A DNA stretch of 64,000 bases from Strigamia acuminata (lineage: Eukaryota). Location: assembly GCA_949358305.1 (NCBI GenBank), contig OX442314.1, positions 3,596,001 through 3,660,000 on the forward strand. The letters are read 5' to 3'. A model generated the notes under the pieces. It did not search any database. It was not told the origin of the DNA and saw only the letters and a list, made by a program, of their open reading frames with translations. Position 1 is the first letter of the stretch, and each line of letters starts with the position of its first letter. Both the position numbers and the translations under genes were made by a program. Of the stretch, positions 60,058 through 64,000 are shown one piece after another.

Positions 60058-60593
60058 TGTTGGTCAAAAGACCATTTTGTATCGATGAATACATTTGTTA
60101 TTTCCTAGTTTTCCCTTTGTGTTTAGGTATACAGCGCATCTTTGTTATTATTTAATTGATTTCGATGTTACCATTCGTTTTGCGCTGTCCCGTATGTAAT
60201 TCCATACTTTTATCACTTTATGCTAGGATTTGTCCTATTATCAAATGATTTGTTCAAACTTAATGTAAATTCCCGGCACTAGGTGCCACTACCCATTGCT
60301 TTTTCATCCAAGATGGCGTCATACACAGCCGTGTATGACTTAGCTGCTTTCCCACCTGTTTGGATACCTATTTGTAATGTATTACTATTTAATTAAACCG
60401 TTTTTATTGTTTTGCTCATTGTGTTTGATTTAAAGCACCTTTAGTGCTTCTTGCTAGCGCATATAAGCGGCATTAGGCCGCGCGCATTTCCGAAACGATA
60501 CGCGTCGTATCGTTAACGTCTGTGCGGGTCGCACAGCGCCAATTCACGCTTTCAATCGGTTTACACCGATATTTTGCGCATTCTCTGCCTACA
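60058..60593 (+). repeat. 3' LTR
   Basis: No difference from the 5' LTR seen by eye. Confidence 0.97.
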
Positions 60594-62352
60594 GTATGCC
60601 CGTATGCCGATGCAATAGAGAAAACACTTTTTACAACGCATAAATGACATCTACTCCACCACGAACACCCCGAGGGTATTGAGACACGAAAAGGACGAAA
60701 CAGGTCCGTTTAAGCGCTCAGCGCTTGATGGCTCCTTGTTCGAAACAAGTGTGTCTGGTCTGGGTTTGAAAATGTCCGCAGAGTCGGTCGAATCCAACGA
60801 CAACAACTGCGTCGCCGGGGATGGTGCGAGGCGTCCGGAAGCCAGTTCTAAAATGTAAAATGTAATTTGTTTTCAATTTTTTTGTTGGGATCGACCCCAA
60901 CGAAGATAATCTCATTAAACAATGGAGCACGAACCGCGAAACTGATCCCATGATCGGGAAATCGAACTCCAGTCGTCCGCCCATCGTCGATCGCCAGGTA
61001 TCTTTAAGCGATAAACATGTCGCGCCTCGAGAGTTCGTGGATCTGATCTGACTTAATCTGACCTGGATCGAACCCGAATTTGAATCTTAATTTTACGTAT
61101 TTTTTAGCGTTTCAACATTACGTCAGTTTCCTTTTATTCAACAATTATACTTTTAATTTTCGTCGATAGTTATTTGCATTCCGACGCGTTGCTATCGAAT
61201 TTGACGTCGGGTCTCGGTCGATTGGCTGCGTTCAAGTCAGAATTGCGAACACGGGACCAATACACAGGCCGCCGTAACGCTAAAAATGAGGGACCTTTCC
61301 GCAATTTGCACACCACGAGGTCCGAATAGATGAATTAATAAATAAGTAAACGAATAAACAAATAAATAAACAATGCCGACGCCGTAGAAACGTGTAGAAG
61401 CGTGTTTCTGGACGTTTCAGTGCCGGTGCGCATCCGTGAGTAAAGTGTGCGTCGATTTAGCGGCGTGATCGCGTCACCCTTAATTGTACGCGCGTTTAAA
61501 TGCGATCTAATGCGCGATGAGGCGCGCAATACGGGGTAGAAGAGCGGGGCATTGTTTCAACCGCGTAGATCGCAGAGATAAATTAACACGATACGAATCG
61601 AATCGAATCAACTCGACAGGAGCTTTATTTGAAACAATGTGTCGGGGCTGCCGGCGCTCGTCGGCGCCAACTGCCCCTATTTGTCGCGAACGCGACCCTC
61701 CGACCATTCGCGTCTGGCCAGTGACGACGCAGAATAAAACGAGCGCAATCAAACCGATGCCACACACCGGAACCCTCCGGATATCCGCGAGGGCCCGGAA
61801 CGCTCTGAGAATGTTCGCAAAGTCCGGTCGAGCGCAATCTCAAAAACTCGCGTCGATTACATGGTGCGAGACAACCGGAAAAGAAAAAATAAAATATACA
61901 ACGGCGGATTTTCCACAAAATCTTTGTTCCAGTAGGTCGCTGCGAGGATAATCTAATTATTGGTCGGAACACAAATCGCGGAACCGACTCCAAGATCAGG
62001 AAATTAAACTTTGATCGTTTTCCCTATTATGCACATTTTTTGTTCCGAGTGGCAATGTCCGGTACGCGCGCGTCCGTCCCCTCCCTCTTTCTACCCGGAC
62101 ACCAAGACCCGGTGGACGATAGGTTGTGTGGACACTCGAATATTCGGGGTTCGGTCCTTTGCATTTATTCATAATGAAGACTCTTCTTACGTACAACTTA
62201 GCGTTATTTTTTTTCCCGCGTGTATTGTTTGCCGTCAACATGTTTAAAGTGCGTGCCGACTCGATCAGCGACCAAATAAGCGGAGTTGTAAACCCACGCC
62301 AAATTGAACGACTGCGGAAATATCGTCGCCAGTCCACGCATGCTCCACTTGG

Positions 62353-62386
<34 letters not shown>

Positions 62387-62811
62387 GCTCACCCACTCAC
62401 TCGCTTTCTCTCGCTCTCACTCTCGCTCTCGCTCAAGCTCTCGTCGACACCACGTTGCAGTGAAGCACGAAGCTTCGCTTCAATTGTCGCCATTTTTAAA
62501 TCGAGCTAGAGCCGGGCAAAGACAGTTTGCGTTTGCAGTTGCGTGTTTTGTTTCGTTTCGTTAAACGTGAGTGAGCGAGCGAGTGAACGAGCGAATGAGC
62601 CAAGTGTTTTGTGGTATCATTTGTCAATTATTCCCGCCCAATTATGCACGTATTGTATCCGTGAGCGCGCGCAGAAAAAATTTGTTTGTTTGGTCATTGT
62701 TGCTAACAGAAAATGAAGCTCAATTTAATAACCCATTTGTTTTTGTTTTTTTTGTTTTTTTTTCTTTTTCTTTTGATTTTATCTATCGCGTTTTTTTCGT
62801 TTTCAGAGACC

Positions 62812-63498
62812 ATGATGACAGGAACATGGAAGGTGAAAGGGGAAGGGGAAACATCGTCCATCTCGACGCCCGTTCTCCGTGCGACGCGGACTAGAACCAC
62901 ATCGCCGTCGTCGACTGCCGCTATCGCGTCGGTACCGCTCGATCCCGCTTTGTCCAAGCGTCCAGGCAGGCAGAAAAGGGGTAAACTGACGCTGATCAAG
63001 AGGGTACGCGCCACGTCTTGGGTTTTATTTATTTGCTTATTCTCTTTTTTTTTTTTTTTTCTCCCTTTCCCTTTCCAGTCGCGAAGAGAGACATCATTGC
63101 CGCCGCCGTCTTCACCTTCGGTGCTGCGGGAAGAGAGATTGGCAACAAGGGTCGAGGCGGTGATAACAGAAAAAATGGAGAATGTGGTGAAGAATGTGGT
63201 GAAGAATGTGGTGGAGAATGTGGCGGAGAATGTGGTGGAGAAGGTTATGGCGAAGCGAATGGAGAAGGTGTTGGCGGAGCAACTGGACAAAGTGGTTGCG
63301 GAGCGAATGGAGAAAGCGGCGAGATGGCGGGAAAAGAAGACGAAGACGTTGTGCGTGTTGAAGTCGGTGGGGAAGAAGCTAGAGGCGGTGCAGGCGGAGG
63401 TGAAGGAAATGGAGATGGACATGGTGGACATGATGGAGGAGGAAGATGGCTGTGGTTACGAAGGACTCGATGATAACGGTGATGAAAAGGAGTGGTAG
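62812..63498 (+). CDS. 2-exon orphan protein, likely paralog of 40327-40888
   Basis: Phase-0 intron 63004-63078 after a basic patch; VENV/VEKV helical repeats; acidic tail; AATAAA at ~63573. Confidence 0.6.
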   Translation: MMTGTWKVKGEGETSSISTPVLRATRTRTTSPSSTAAIASVPLDPALSKRPGRQKRGKLTLIKRVRATSWVLFICLFSFFFFFLPFPFQSRRETSLPPPSSPSVLREERLATRVEAVITEKMENVVKNVVKNVVENVAENVVEKVMAKRMEKVLAEQLDKVVAERMEKAARWREKKTKTLCVLKSVGKKLEAVQAEVKEMEMDMVDMMEEEDGCGYEGLDDNGDEKEW

Positions 63499-64000
63499 GG
63501 AGAAGGGGTGATGGGCCCTGGAGACGATGGTTACGATGTGACCGACAGTGACCACAACCAAGATTCTATCAAATAAATAGATAAATAAATTGACAAGTGT
63601 ACTCATAATTGTTGTATAGATTCTTTCGATCGAATAAACATTGTTTTAATATAGTTGTTGTCACGGTTCATACTTTGGCGAAAGCATGTCTGGCGATGGC
63701 AAGGGGCGCACGAGTGGCTACTCGCATGTCGTCCCCTGGGACATGCAGACTCGCTCTCGGACCTCAGGACTCATATTGTCGTCTGGCTCGCGTAGACAGC
63801 GTAGACAGCGATGGGGCAAGAAGTCTGGGAGATAAAGTTAAAATCTGAAACTGCAAATTTTTCACAAAACATTTGTTTCAATCGGTCCCAACGACGATAA
63901 TCTAATTAACAGTTGGAGCGCAAACCACGAAACCGATTCGACGATTGTGGGATTAAACTTTCATTGTCTTCCATGGGTATTTTTTATTCCACAGGGTGTC

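Larger units (their letters stand above)
53399..60593 (+). mobile_element. Full-length Ty1/Copia LTR retrotransposon with an MBD (CopiaMBD type)
   Basis: 536-bp LTRs (TG...CA), 5-bp TSD GTATG (53394-53398 and 60594-60598), PBS, PPT and a single gag-pol ORF. Confidence 0.98.

Overview
Eukaryotic, probably arthropod, genomic DNA in four blocks. (1) 1-18000: a minus-strand, ~17-exon ABCA-family transporter gene. Its frame is open but it lacks the N-terminus. It sits in a 14,142-bp tandem duplication, and the second copy is cut off at 18000. Its introns hold MITEs and minisatellites. (2) 18001-32668: a Maverick/Polinton (adintovirus-like endogenous virus) encoding an rve integrase with chromodomain, a PLA2-like protein, packaging ATPase, penton, major capsid protein, TWO adenain proteases (one apparently reached by a -1 frameshift) and a protein-primed PolB cut by a 200-N gap. 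(3) 32869-64000: a CpG-rich cluster of compact, spliced, mostly orphan genes around a 7-exon piggyBac transposase with an intact DDD triad and no nearby TIRs. It includes a PHD-finger gene, a 13-14-exon C2H2-finger gene carrying PxVxL (HP1) and ALDLS (CtBP) motifs, paralogous acidic helical proteins and a Pol III tRNA-like unit. This is a candidate giant cargo-carrying element and the best novelty lead. (4) Nested in block 3 at 53399-60593: a very young, intact Copia LTR retrotransposon carrying a methyl-CpG-binding domain (CopiaMBD type). All calls come from reading the sequence by eye; no searches were run.
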